A DNA stretch of 64,000 nucleotides from Takakia lepidozioides (taxonomy: Eukaryota; Plantae; Bryophyta). Where the stretch lies: assembly GCA_030704615.1 (NCBI GenBank), contig CM060733.1, positions 35,464,001-35,528,000 on the forward strand, given 5' to 3'. Below the pieces are notes generated by a model. That model saw only the letters and a program-made list of their open reading frames with translations. It had not been told where the DNA came from and made no database searches. Below are positions 13,788-28,100 of this stretch, in pieces; the stretch's first letter is position 1; every line of letters begins with the position of its first letter. The position numbers were made by a program, and so were the translations under genes.

Positions 13788-16700
13788 GAGGTAGCCTATA
13801 CTATATGCGCACACAAATGCATGCATATGGAGGAATGTATGCGTGCATACAAATTTTAGATATGCATAGGAACAATTTTATATGCACAACACTTAAATAA
13901 GGGTACCCAAAAAATAAAATAAAATTGTGATTCATCTAATCTTAGGGTCCATAGTCAAAATATCAAAGGATGGAATAAGAATATTCTATATAGAATATTC
14001 CATATTCATTGTATTATTATTCCACATGGGTGAGTGTAGGAATGGGAGAGGAACATGTTGCTTTTATGGCTTTCCAACATGAGAAAAAAGGTCAAAAAAT
14101 TAAAAAGTGACGAGGCACGGCTCCTTGTTAGATACAAATGGTGAAGGTACGGGCTCTTCCAATGGTGGGAGTCTAGTTTGAAGTTCAGAATGGAGCAATG
14201 CTAAGGGAATGCTAGGGAGCTTGTTACATAGGTTTTGCAGTATCTATATATCTATCTTCTGAAACATTTTTATTTTACAAAAACATAATGTCCATCAGAG
14301 ATAGAACCCACAACCTATCGGGTATCAAGCCTAGTTCATACCACTACACTACCCATTCAGACTTGAAACACTAATGAAATGAAACACTAATGAGATAAAG
14401 ATAGTCACCCTGTGTGTACATAACATGCCACAATACTCATAAGGGTTGATCTTACTAATGATGAAATTTGATAGTTGTGAAGTGCATGTCGAACTTGCAT
14501 TAAGGTAAAGGGATCTATGAAATGCAGTAGAGATCTATGTACAAACTATTACATAGATAAATCAAATGACAGGAAGATAACATGAAATCTGATTTCAACA
14601 CCGTGTCATTTGCCCCATTTGTTTTACCTTACACTAGAGAGAAATACATGTATCATAAAAAATAACAAAAAATTCGGACTGACAATGAGGACAATGTATT
14701 GTATATGTAATTTCTAATTACCTACATAACATCATCAGCTGATACTTCATCATCCGTGTCATAAGCCTGTGATTCAGAGGCATACACATCCATGAAAGCC
14801 TCAACTCTACGCAACCTATCCACGGATTGTCCAACAATAGCTGCTCTTCGGTCAAACAACAGATCATTGGAAAGACCTACATCACGTTGTTGATGTATTG
14901 AATGCAAAGCTTGGGACTCGGCATACGAAGGTAGATAAAACGATGAAAGAGGACTTTGGGGTAGACTATCGTAGATGGTCCGCACAATCCCATCACTGCA
15001 TCAAACATACATGTATACTTATGTTAACAAATCAAATGGGAATGGTTTGCTTTGCAAATAATATAGAGATTGCAACAAAGGGAATGGAGGCGAGACATAC
15101 TCACTAGGAAGTACTGCCGAGATGAAGACCAAGCTTGCGCGCCACCTTAGGAGCGGGGGGTTCCAACAAACTCACAGGACGTTGAATGGTTGGAGTTACC
15201 ACAGATGAAACCAAAACGGGTTGAGTATTTTGAAGTGCAGAGAGACGTGCTGCATACAACGTCTGGTCCCCCTCAAGACCAAATACGTGACGTCCAGACT
15301 CGCGAGCAGCAATAAATGTAGAACCTGCAGGAAAAAAACATGCAATGATGATATTATATCGGATAACAGTTAATGATCATGAATCAGCTCAGAAGTTTTT
15401 AATTACAAAATGGAGACCAATGCAGACCTGTGCCAGCTGTGAGATCCAAAATGCGGGAGCCAGGAGGTGAGCATGTCTCCAACAACACTTGCATGAAGGC
15501 GGGACTACGGTCTCGTGCACCCCTCCAGGCTTGTTGAGGAGTTTGCATGGGTAGTGCAACATCTGGAATGTGGTTGTAGATGGCATCCAACTCAACAGGG
15601 TCTGCAAGGGGGTCCACAACTTTGCCAGACTCACGCAGTTTGAATAGTCCTCCTTGCTTGGTGAGGACATGGGCGTGGAAGAACATGGTCTGTTAGACGT
15701 GCCATTTCCACAAAAACAGTGCACCCGGATGGTTTAATAATATGTATGAGAGTAGGAAGATGAAACATCAAACAATGAGATATTGAAGAGGGATGATTTT
15801 TACCTTTCCTGTCTGAGTGTGTAGAGGGGTGGTATTGATGCAAGTATATTTCCTTGATAATACGGAAATAGAGCTGCCCCTGGAGTAAGAAAAGAGCTCC
15901 AATGCAAAGGAATCATCGGAGCCCTGCAAGAACACCAAGCATCCATTGTCATCCAACAGGTCATTAGCAATGGAGAATGCATACTCCCAATACCGTTTAT
16001 CAAAAGCATTCTAGGGAGGAACCTGTACACCATCCAAACAGCCCTGTACAGGCATTCCTGTTGGGCAGTCCACGATGATCATGTCCACAGCCACATGCAC
16101 ACTTTTTCCATCCACAACACTAGACCAAGTTCCTGGCAACTGCAAACAACATACAGAAAATATAGGAGTCAATAGCCGGATGATGAGGATATAAAAACAT
16201 CGAAGAATTCCTTACATTCAAGTTTGTTTGTTGGGGGAAACTCACATTTTTTAAGAACTCCATGAGCTCTTTCAAGGTCGCATCAGGAGATGTACTTGAG
16301 GCCTCCACCATATCAATGAAATGAGTAGGCATGATCTTCATGCGATACATGCTAGGTGCACCACCAAAAAATGACACTGCACTGTAAGGATGTTCGCCTG
16401 CCTTTGGCTTGTTTCCTTGAGTAGTAGGTGCAGGCACTACAACCAACTGATTTGAAGGATGTGAAGAACTACCAATAGGACCAGCAATAGAAGCCACACC
16501 TGCATTGGGGGCCACACCTGCATTGACATCCGCACCTTTTCTTTTTTGTGATTTGCGTTTTGGTACACCCACAACGGCAGGGACCACTTGGGCTACAGCG
16601 TCAGCGGCCTGTGTAGCAATCTGTTCTGCATGCTCCAGATCAAGAACAGGGACTTCAGTGGAGATACCCCCTTCATCACTCACTGACTGCCTGCGAACAC

Positions 16701-18884
16701 ATTCCTTATGAAGTCCCATTTCTGCATAGGGGATAGTACCCTTGGGCATATCCAAATACCAACCCCCCCCCTTCCCGGTGTTCCACACCCCAATCTTCCT
16801 CAATTGCAGGTGTGTACATGGAAGCTTGTTGAGCACCAAACTTCCAGGCCATCTGAAACTTGGGCTCAGCCTTAAGTCGATCACTCGGTACAAGCACAAA
16901 TCTCATGTACCTAAAATACAAACACATTCAAAGTTATTGTGGAGACAAATATTTATGCAACCTGTTCAACAATTGAACAAGCACATTAAGAAACATGTAT
17001 ATCCCAATGTACTAGAAAAATACTTGAAGCATAGACATTTTTGACTTACAAGGTGTATACACTATCCATGTACAATGCAATGGAAAGATGGTACCTGAAT
17101 AAAATCCGTCTCACCACCTTCTCCCCACCTGTTTGTTGTTCCCAATCATTGCCTCTGAATGGCCCCTTTGGCAATGAGAACTCTCTATGAAACAACTCAT
17201 TGAAATGAGTCATCTTCCATGTATCCATGTAGTCTCCCAGACTCTCACTCTCTCCTTCCTCCAAGGCAACATGAAATTGGCCAGGCTGAGTGGTGTACAA
17301 GGCAAACTGAGCCAAGGCAACCTTGCGAAGCTGCCAGAAAATACAGTCGGTTAAATAACTATGTTAATGTGTCATCAACAAAATGAATTAATTGCATTGA
17401 GAAGATAGTGATTGTACATGTACCTGCCACCAAAAAGTCCTTCTATTCAGCCAAGGATCAAGTGTTGGCCCACTGATAGGCCCGAGTGGAAAAAAATTAC
17501 GGTCGTGAAGTGTTTGGTCTCCATTCCATATATGTAGCCATTCCACCTTTTCTGCAGGATCCACCCGGGCGGTAGCAATGTTCACCATTTTCTCTTGGGT
17601 CATTTCCTCTGATCCTGCCTTTACACGTGACCAATGCAGTTTAAGTTCTTGGAGAAACATGAAGCAGAGGTGAATCTTGTCTATGGATGCAAAGAATGAA
17701 ACTTGGTTAAGACATGATGTTACCTTGTACAAAATCTCTGTCATTGCATGGACTGTCAGGTTATACCAAGTCTTTCCTGCTTTCTTGATGCATTCGTCGT
17801 ATTGCTCTTTCCTCAATACATTCTTCCATTCAGAGACAGGTGTAAGGCCAATCATATTGACCTTGCAAACCAAGTGCACAAATTTGGATGTAACATGTGC
17901 CCTCTCTGTTGCCCTGCACATATAAAATATGATCATTAGAAAGAAGATGTGTATATGTACATCCATTGAGCAAGAACATGACAACATTGAACATGAAAGT
18001 AAATGAAGAATAGAAAGGAAACTCACACATTCACTCCATCCATGATGGATCTGAGGGAACCACGATTTTCAATGTCCGCATTGAGCACCCAACTTGTCAC
18101 ACAGACATGCCTTGACAAGTTGGCCCCATGAACTTCATTGATATAGGGATACCATGCTTGAAGCCTATGATTCCCATCCCCGACATGAAACATCTTCCCC
18201 CGAAGATGATGCAACTTTGGCTTGGACTCAAGATACTTCTCAAACTCATCATTGACTGTTTTCCAATGACTATCCCATGTAGAGATGATATCAGGACCTA
18301 CATCTATAGTAGATCCATCAATCCCCTCAACAGAAACATAGAACACGGCTGCTCCTGGATGGTATCCAGAATAGAAGTTTCCTCTAAGCTTTAGGATGTC
18401 GTTGGCAAGGGCGGGCCTAACAACCTGCATAGAAATCATGCGACACAATGGAATGTCCATAACTCCATCCTCAATGAGGAGGGACCTGAAAGTTACATTC
18501 AGATCTTGTTTCTTTTCCGGAATAATTGCCTGTTTGGCATCTAGAGAAAGAGGATCATTAGATGTTGTATCCTCTTCATACTCATCTGCCCCCCAATTCC
18601 CTGCATCAATGTCGTCAATAATGGTTGCAAGCGTCCCGGCCTCCACAGCTTCAGTTGTAGTAGTAATTTCCTAATTCCATAGACCAAAACAGTTCAAGAT
18701 GTCAGTGTATGAGAAGAGCACATGTGTGAATGTATAATATGTAAAAAGAGCAGTTCAGTGTCATGGTTGCATGAAGAAAACAAATGAATTTGGATAGTCA
18801 ACTAATTCCATGAATATCCTTGTCTTTCAAAGCTTACAACTTGGAGCAGAATACAGGCGTGAGCATCCCCACAGAGGACCTCCG

Positions 18885-19869
18885 ACCACCTACGCCGGCG
18901 CATATGACACATATGTGCAACCAACTCAAAATTTGACAAGATTTGAGACCGTTGAAGAAATTTTTGCTCAAGGAGCTCCAAGCATATGCGCCGGCGCATA
19001 CCATGGAAGGGAGGTTGTAGCCAAACATACAGGAGCACCTTGAAAGATCAAACTAGGCCTATGGAAGCATGTGGAGTTGTGGAGGTGGCAACGTAGAAGC
19101 TTTGAGATACTTGAATACTGTGATCAACCAAAATAGGGAAGGTTCCCCAAGCGTCTGCGCCGACGGAGGTGGCAGCCTCGACACTTTGGAGCTTACGTAA
19201 CACATGGAATATACAACAAAAAACCAAGCTCCAAGCATCTCCGCCGGCGGAGATGCTTGCATGAGGTTCCTGAAACCTAGGAGCTAAGCAAAAAAAGATT
19301 GTGTTCAATGGGTATGCGCCGGCGGATATGGCAGCCCAGCCCGCTCGGAGCATCAACAACTTATGAGAATGCGGAGAAACAAAAGAGATGGAAGGGGGGG
19401 AGAACTTCCTGAAATATGTGAGCAGCCATGCTGCACGGGTCTGTGTTGACAGAGGTGGCAGCCTTGGTGCTTTGGAGCTTCCGTAACACAGGGAATATGC
19501 AAAAAAAACCAAGCTCCAAGTGTCTCCGCCGGTGGAGACGCTTGCAGGAGGTTCCTGAAACCTATGATCTGAGCAAAAAAAAATGTACTCAATGGGTATG
19601 CGCCGGCGGATATGCCAACGCAGCCCACTCGGAGCATCAGCAACTTTTGAGCATGCGGAAAAACAAAGAAGATGGAAAATGGGAGAACTTCCTGAAACAT
19701 TTGAGCAGCCCTGCTGCACAGGTATGCGCTGGCGGATATGCCAGCCCAACCCGCTCGGAGCATCAGCAACGTATGAGCATGCAAAAAAATAAACGGGATG
19801 GGAGTAGAGGAGCACTTCCTGAAACATGCGAGCATCCCAGCTCCAACGGTATGCGCCGGCGGAGGTGGC
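18885..19869. repeat. Family-B intron-1 repeats (~283-bp unit) with CGCCGGCG(G) palindrome; continues at 40167-40310
   Basis: tatgCGCCGGCGgatatg / ctcCGCCGGCGGag at ~18892, 18988, 19241, 19317, 19600, 19854, 40222 and 40295. Decayed variants cgccgacg, cgccggtg and cgctggcg are also present. Confidence 0.8.
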
Positions 19870-20704
19870 TGTTAGGAGGCAGTCTGGGACTTAGGCATTT
19901 TTTATGGGTTCTGTGGAGTCTGGGACTTAGACACTTCTATGGGTTCTGAGGGGTACCCTTAATTTTTTGAGATAGCCCGTCACAGCCATACACAGCCCGT
20001 CACAGTCAGTCACAGCCCGACACAGACACAGCCCGTCACACCCATACACAGCCAGTCACAATCTGACACAGTCGCATAGTCAGTCACAGCTGTCACAGTC
20101 GTAGGGAACGGTATGACAGGGAAGACTGTGGGGAACAAACATCTGCCGGGGAACATGTAATTCACGGAGGACGGTTAGTGAAGGAAAACGGTTAGAACAG
20201 GGGGAAGGGAGAAAGCGGCGAGCGGAGAGAAAGGGACATATACTTTTTGGGATGGAGATCACTCCTGGGGGGAAAAGGATGGAGATCGGAGGAAGGGAAG
20301 CTGGCGAGGAGGAAGGAGATACTATAGGACAGAGTTAGTACGAGATGTAGATTTACTTAGAGGGATAGATTAGAGAAGTTAGGACATCAGCATGTATCCG
20401 ATTATGATTAATCTGATTCTCATCCGATACAAACACCTTGTGTTGAGAGACTTGAGTGAAGCTGTGTATGAATGAAATCAGGAGGCCCAAAGAAGCAATC
20501 TGACGCTTAAAAAGATACCTGGTCAAGATAAACAGGGAATATAAACTGATAAGGAATGTAATTGGAAACCCAACAATGATTCACTAGCTGCAGGTCATGA
20601 CTGATTGTTTCACGCGGGCTGAATGCTTAGAGATATCCAACTCTTCTATCTTGGAGTTTCCCCCTCGGATAGCGAAGGGATGGGTGAGTAAAAGCCATGT
20701 GACA
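19870..20704 (+). repeat. 5' LTR
   Basis: TGTTAGGAGG...TGTGACA; near-identical to 39292-40166 apart from CACAGCC-repeat length. Confidence 0.95.
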
Positions 20705-21291
20705 TTTGGCGACCATACTGGGGAACTGAGTCATGAACAACCAGATGTGACAGGCATCTGGTGGGATCATGGTGGTTGGAGGATTAAAGAATTTGAAGTG
20801 AATCAAATTCCCTGTGGAACGAAGGAAGAAAGATTGTCCAAACAATTCTTTCAAAGGTTCTTGGAATTGCCAGACGGTTGTAAGAAAATATTCTTAAGCG
20901 AGTGCATGATGCTGATCCGGAATGGGGTCTGGAGAAAGGAGTGATAAAGATTTATCAGGTAGCCTGTAGAGGAAGAGCACGGTGGTTACCAACATTGGTT
21001 TATGTGATAGCCTTACTATCTATTAAGCGGGTAGAGTTTGAAAGCTGGGAGGAAAGGAAAGTGAATGTTTACACTCATATGCATGAGGAGCTTGTATTGG
21101 TAAAGAATTGGATTCCAAAGGATATCTTGTGGATCAAACTTACACCAAGAACAGCTTTTCAGACTTGTTTACCATATGGTTATATGGTAACGGAGACTTC
21201 CAGTATAGCCAGAGGTACATTGAAGCTGGAAAGAAACCCAGGCATATATGAGAGATACTACAGGAGAGAATTTTGGTTGTTGCCACACTAA
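20597..21291 (+). pseudogene. Retroelement ORF0 (unknown function), frameshifted
   Basis: Two overlapping ORFs together equal the intact 231-aa ORF at 37009-37704. A 1-nt loss lies near 20883. Confidence 0.7.
20707..20724 (+). promoter_or_regulatory. Primer-binding site (probably tRNA-Arg-like)
   Basis: TGGCGACCATACTGGGGA, 2 nt after the LTR. The tRNA identity is inferred from resemblance to Tat/Ogre-type PBSs. Confidence 0.85.
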
Positions 21292-21312
21292 AAGAAATGA
21301 AAGATATGGGAC

Positions 21313-22095
21313 ATGAGTGATGAAAGAGAAGCTAGACTCCAAAGATATTCAGCAAAAAGAGAAAGTTATCTGAAAGCTCATTATCCATACCTGTGGGAGA
21401 GAGGAATAGACATTGGGGAATCATCTGGACCTCTCACACCATTGAGATCAGGGAGTACATCACCTATACCAGAGGAGCTAGAGTTGGATACCACACCTTC
21501 TTTTTCTTTGCAAGAAAGATTAAGGGACTTGGCAGAGGAAGAAGATCAACCACGAGGTGAAAGATCTGAGGTACATCCCTGGATAAAAGATTTGGCAGAA
21601 ATCTTTGATAAGAGTTGGCATGGAACACCAAGAGCAGGAACTCCAGTTTCGGGAGCAGAAGAGGAGGATGCAGAACCAGCGGAGAGTTCAAACTCTCCAA
21701 CATTATTACAAAATAGTTACATGAGTGAAGAAGAAGAAAACCAAGGAAAGAAATTGGAAGATGAGGAATATGAAGAAGTAGACCCAGCAGCTGAGGTTGA
21801 GACTACAACCAGGACATCCCAACCCGTTGGACCTGGATCAAGTGGAGCACTTGGATCACAGGCCAACGAAGGTGTCGGCTCAGAGGGATCAGGCGAAAGA
21901 CCTGGATCTGGCTCTGGGGGGACAGGGAGTGTGGAAAGTAGTGCAACTGAGGCTGGGAATACTGTGAATATAGAAAGGCCAGGAGCAGGAAGGGCTCAGG
22001 GGCCAGTAATTGGTGGAAGAACCACCACAAATACTACAGGTCCACAGGGACCAGCATCAGCCAAAGGCCAACAACTGTCAGGGGGCAGGGTGTAG
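21313..22095 (+). CDS. Retroelement pre-gag ORF1, acidic and low-complexity
   Basis: 260-aa ORF; its N-terminus (MSDEREAR...YLWERGIDIGESSGP) is conserved in the nested element. Confidence 0.6.
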   Translation: MSDEREARLQRYSAKRESYLKAHYPYLWERGIDIGESSGPLTPLRSGSTSPIPEELELDTTPSFSLQERLRDLAEEEDQPRGERSEVHPWIKDLAEIFDKSWHGTPRAGTPVSGAEEEDAEPAESSNSPTLLQNSYMSEEEENQGKKLEDEEYEEVDPAAEVETTTRTSQPVGPGSSGALGSQANEGVGSEGSGERPGSGSGGTGSVESSATEAGNTVNIERPGAGRAQGPVIGGRTTTNTTGPQGPASAKGQQLSGGRV

Positions 22096-22103
22096 GGTCG
22101 CAG

Positions 22104-25100
22104 ATGGCGTTACAACCAACACGGGCTAAACCACCTTTTCCGATATATTCAGGGAAAGGGGATCCTGATGTACACATTAGCCAATTTGAGCACATGTGTA
22201 TAGTGAACAATGAGAATGGCGATGATGCCAAGATGAGACTGTTTCCGTGTTCACTTATAAAGAAAGCCAGTGAATGGTATGCAAGATTCCCTGATAATCA
22301 TTTCCTAACCTGGAATGGCTTGAGTACAGCGTTCCGAAATAGGTTCAGGACCAGTAAAACTGAGGATGAAGTGTATGGGAGTTTACAACAGCTGAAGCAG
22401 AAGAAGCATGAAACTGTTGAAGAGTATATGGAGAAAATGGAGTTGATGATGAAAAAGTTGGCTGCTATACCAGCACCAGGATTGCAGAAGGCTTGGTTTG
22501 TGAATGGACTAAGGCCAGAGTTGCAAAAGAAAGTAGACATGTTACCCCACAATACAGTGGAGGAGGCATTTGAAACAGCAAACAGAATTGAGCAGTTGGG
22601 AATGCTCAGGAAGGAGAAAAGAGATGAAGAGGACTCTGAGGATGAGTCAGAAGAAGAAGAGGAGATGGAGCATAAAAAGAAGAGTAAAAAGAAGGAAAAG
22701 ATGAAGAGGGAAAATTATGAGAAGAGATTAGAAGAAATCTTGAAAAAGTATGCCACAGAGGCTGCAACACATTGGAGGAAGGGTGTTTGGTGTGCAAAAT
22801 GCCAGAATGAAGGCCACACCACTACTGAATGCCACATGAAGGAGAAACACTGCACTATCTGTAAAATGGATAACCATTCTACTGAGAATTGTTACTACAA
22901 CAGAAGAACAGCAGTAAGAGAGCCTAGGCAGGTAAGGGTGCATCAAGTGCAACCCCAGCCAAGAAGAAACAATGATCAAGACCACTATGGTAGGACAGGT
23001 GGTTATAACAATGGCATGGAAAGGAGAGGTAATCCAAGAGGGAATTACCAGGGACATCCCAGGGGTGGCTATCAGGGTAATCCAAGAGGGAATTACCAGC
23101 CAGGGAATCAGGATTACAGAAATAATCCCAGAACAGACCAAGGGCGAGGACCCAATGGAGAAGAACTGTGTTACTATTGTAATCAGGCAGGACATCGTAA
23201 GGCGGCTTGTCCATTCTGGATCAGACACCAGAATGAGATGAGAGCTCCTGGGAATGAGGGGCCAGTAGTGGCAGCCCACATGGTTAGGCCATGTATTGTA
23301 CCGGAAGTGAGTACAATGATAGTAACAAGAAGCAGAGCCAAATTAGTACCTCCAGTGGAAGATGAAGTTGATGATAATGAAGATGGCAGTGATGTGCCTG
23401 AAGATGATGAGGCTTGGAGAGATGAGAAAGAACTGCACAAGGAAGTGGCGGATACCATACGGGAAATGCAGAAGAGTACTGATATTCCCATGGTAGACTC
23501 CTCAGACTCTGAAGGAGAAGAAGAAGTCAGTGAGGAAGAAGGAAAGAGGGAAGCTGCAGAAGTGCAGGGTAAGGAAGGGACATTGGCTGAAGTGATATGC
23601 CAGTCCAAAGTGGAAATTACCATTGGACAGCTATTAGCTGTGGCACCTTATTGTAGACACAGGCTGTATCAAGCAATCAACAGGATTGCCCATTTGACAG
23701 AGAACACAGACCTGAACAGCAAGGTGACCAGTTATAATGTGAGGCCAGAAGGGCAAGAAACAGTCATGGATTTTGATGATTCTATGCCAGTTATCCAGTT
23801 GAGAATTGGAAGCACAGAGCTGGCAGATGTACTGATAGATGGAGGCTCTGGTGTGAATATCATGACAGACCAATTGAGGCAGAAGCTAGGTCTAAACAAC
23901 ATGAAACCAGCCCCATTTACAGTAACCATGGCAGACCAAAGGAGTGTACAGCCATTGGGATTGATCAGAGGAGTTAAAATCCAGATTCAAGAGATGATCT
24001 TTAAGATCACAGTAACTGTGTTGAAGATGAATGAAGTCCTGGAAGCTTATTCCTTATTGTTGGGAAGACCATGGCTGAAACAGGCCAAGGTGTCTCATGA
24101 TTGGAATTCACAGTTACTGACTGTGCAGGATGGGTTGAACAAGATACAAATCACCACTAAGAAATCTGAAAGACTATCTGCTACAAGAAGACCAAGAGGG
24201 GTCAGAGAGTATGATTGGAAAGAAGGACTGGATGAGGAACAGGAAGCTACTTTGTTCGCTGCACACCCAGAGTGGGAACAGGTTGCAGAGATGCAATTAG
24301 AAGGCCTGAGTTGTTTAAAAAGTATCTACTGTGGTGCAGTGACAACAACCCCAATTGAGGAGGAAATAAATAGTTACCCACCACATTTTTATGAGGAAAG
24401 GGAAGGAGAGATTGATATCCTAGAGGAACCAGCCACTGTAAGTCTACAGGATGAAATAGTAACTGGTTGGACAATCACAGCTGATGAGCAGGTGAGGGAA
24501 GTGAATGTGGGAACTGAGAAGGAACCAAGGATGGTGAAGGTAGGGGCGGATCTAGAGCCAGAATTCTTTGAGGAAGCAAAGAGTCTGTTCATTAAATACA
24601 GAGATGTATTTGCTTGGAGCTATGAGGATCTGAAGGGGATACCACCTGAGATCTGTCAACATAAGATTGAACTGGAACCAGGATCAATACCAGTTAAACA
24701 GGCGAGATACAGGATGAATCCCAACTATGCAGAGAAGGTTGGAGAAGAGATCAAAAAGTTGGCTGAAGCTAAATTTATATACCCGATAGAGTACACAACT
24801 TGGTTGTCACCCATTGTGATAGTCCCCAAGAAAAATGGCAAACTAAGAGTTTGTGTGAACTACAAGAAGCTGAATGCTTGTACGAGGAAGGATCCTTTTC
24901 CTCTACCATTCACAGAAGCAGTATTGGACACTGTGGCAGGCCATGAAATGTATTCATTCATGGATGGCTTCAGTGGTTATAATCAAGTACAGGTGGCAGA
25001 GGAAGATCAAGGAAAAACAGCTTTCATCACAGACTGGGGTGCTTATGCATACAAAGTCATGCCTTTTGGACTTTGTAATGCACCAGCAACTTTCCAGAGA

Positions 25101-28100
25101 GTTATAAGTGAATCTTTTCAGGAGTACCTTGATGATTTCATGCAGGTGTTCTTGGATGATTTCAGTGTGTATAGCTCTAAGAGTGAGCACTTGCATAAAT
25201 TGGAGTTGTGCTTGGCCAGATGCAGGATGAGAGGTCTGGGCCTGAATCCAGAGAAATGTACTTTCTGTGTGAACTCAGGGGTACTTTTGGGACACATAGT
25301 GTGTAAAAAGGGACTTCTAGTGGATCCCAGAAAGACGGAGGCCATTAAAGCCTCCCCACCTCCAGTAAATGCTAAGAGTCTAAGGAGATTCCTGGGACAA
25401 ACCAGCTACTACAGAAGATTTGTCAGACGGTATGCACAGATGGCAGCACCTTTGAGCAAACTTTTAAAAAAAGACGCAGTGTTTGCATGGACAGATGAAT
25501 GTCAACAGGCTTTTGAGGAACTGACATTGTCAATGACAACTACACCTGTATTGATTAATCCTCACTGGCAGGAAATGTTCCATGTTCACTGTGATGCTTC
25601 AGGAGAAGCATTGGGAGCGGTGCTAGCCCAAAATGTTACAGGAAGGATAGATTCACCTGTGTACTATGCTAGCCGATTAATGAACAATGCTGAAAGAAAT
25701 TATAGCACAACAGAAAGAGAAGCATTGGCAATGATCTATGCAGTGAAGAAATTCAGGCATTACCTGTTGGGTAAGAAGTTTATGTTCTATGTGGATCACC
25801 AAGCTTTGATATACTTGGTAAACAAACCTCTGATAAGCGGAAGAATAGCAAGATGGTTGATAATCTTACACGAATTTGAGTTTGAGGTTGTTTACAAGCC
25901 TGGGAGGCTGCATCTTGTGGCGGACCACTTGTCACGGTTATCAACAGGTGAACCAGCCACAGGAGTAGATGATCAATTACCAGATGCGAGCTTATTTGCC
26001 GTGGAGGTGCAGGGAAGTGCAGATGATTGGTTAGATTGGCAATGGCCAATCAGATACTATCTTACTCATGGTCAATGTCCACCAAGTTATGGGAAGGAGC
26101 AGAGAAAGAGAATTGCTATCAAGGCTTTACCTTACACTATGGTAGGAAGCAGAATGTATAAGCTAGGACCAGATGGAGTGCTGAAGCGATGCTTATACCA
26201 CCATGAAGTTGATAAAGTTTTGGAAGAAGTTCATAAAGGAGTGGCAGGGGGCCATTTTGGAGAAGAGACTACCAGTAGGAAGATACTACTTGCCGGTTAC
26301 TGGTGGCCTACCTTGTTCAAAGATGTGCACAAGTATTGTAAAACTTGTGATGAGTGTCAGAGGCTAGGACCATTGCAGAGGTCTGGGAAGATGGCTTTGC
26401 ATCCTACAATGCCTACTGAACCATTTCAGAAATGGGGACTGGACTTTGTTGGACCAATAAACCCACCAGCCAAGAATACACAGAACAAGTATATAATCAC
26501 AGCTACTGATTATACTACGAAGTGGGTGGAAGCTAAAGCTCTGAGGGACAACACAGCTAAGTCCACAGCCAGGTTCCTGTATGAGAACATACTTACACGG
26601 TTTGGCTGTCCCCTGGAATTTATCAGTGATCAGGGAAGTCACTTCATCAATGAGACCATAGAACTCTTGACTAAGGAGTTCATGATTGTGCATAGGAAAA
26701 GTACAACCTATTACCCACAAGGTAATGGACAGGCAGAGGCTACCAACAAAATACTATGTACCATCTTGGCTAAAATAGTCAATGCAAACAGAACAGACTG
26801 GGATACAAAGCTACTGACAGCTTTGTGGTCATACAGGACTTCATATAAAGTCACCACTAAGTATACACCATTCCAATTAGTTTATGGTATGGAAGCTTTA
26901 CTTCCAGTGGAGTTTTTATTACCTACTATGAGAACTGAATGGGGAAGAAGAATGGAATTGGAAGATTCAATTAAGGTCAGGAAACATGAATTATACCATA
27001 TGGAGGAAGTACGAGCTGATGCAGCTGACAACATGACGAGAATACAGATGAAAAGGAAGGATCAGTTTGATGAAGGGAAGTTGAAGACTTTCAAAACAGG
27101 AGATTTGGTTTTGTGGTTACAGAAGAAGGGAAAGATTAAGGCTTCTAAGCTTAAATCGCCATGGAAGGGACCTTATGTCATACAAAAGATGTATGATAAC
27201 AACACGGCCATGTTACAAACCATTAACAAAGAAATGCTGGGCAGGGTCAATGCCAACAAGTTGAAAGGATACAGTGGTATCCATGACAAGCCATTGAGGC
27301 ACGATTTGCATATAGAACCACAGGAGCAATTACAGGCTGTTCCAGTAACACCAACGGAGCATAGAATACTTGTCGTTAAACCGGTGAGGAGCGGAAAACA
27401 CAGATGTTTAAATAGCTATCACAGCCCAACACAGGGTCACACAGCCCATCACAGCCCAACACAGGGTCACACAGCCTATCACAACCCAGCACAGTGTCAC
27501 ACAGTCGCGCACAGCCTAGCACAGGGCGGCACAGCCTGTCACAGCCTCACACAGCCAATCAGAATTACACAGTCCATAGGATTAGTGACAGGTGGACGAA
27601 GGATAACATCAGGGAAATGGCCGGCGGAAGAAAGGGCGGAAGTCAGTTTAAAAGTGGACGCGTGGAAGTCAGGCCGTGACGCACAGCTGAGAAGGAGCTG
27701 CAAGAACAAGTGTCATCAAGAAAAAGGACAGGAGTGGCCGTCAAAGTACCTACCTACTACGTCAAAGAGGATGGATGGCGGGCCCATTAATGCATACGGA
27801 AAAAGGGTAACGGAACATACGGCGAGTACAGAAAAACGAATTTCTTGTCACGTGTGTTATCCTAGTGGACAGGCCAGCAGGGAAAATCCACTAAAGAAAA
27901 TTAATTCTAAAATCCAGTCACAGCGGTTACAGCCAATCATGAAGCAGGAGCAACTTCAAGAAAGTGAAAAAGTTCTGAGCGCAAGAGTCGGCGTCGTTCC
28001 AAGTAACGGGCGTCTCGACGGGACAGACAATCAATGCGATAGTTTTGAAGCTATGAGGGAACTAGCAGATTATACGCTCGCGATACTACTCACGCAGTGG

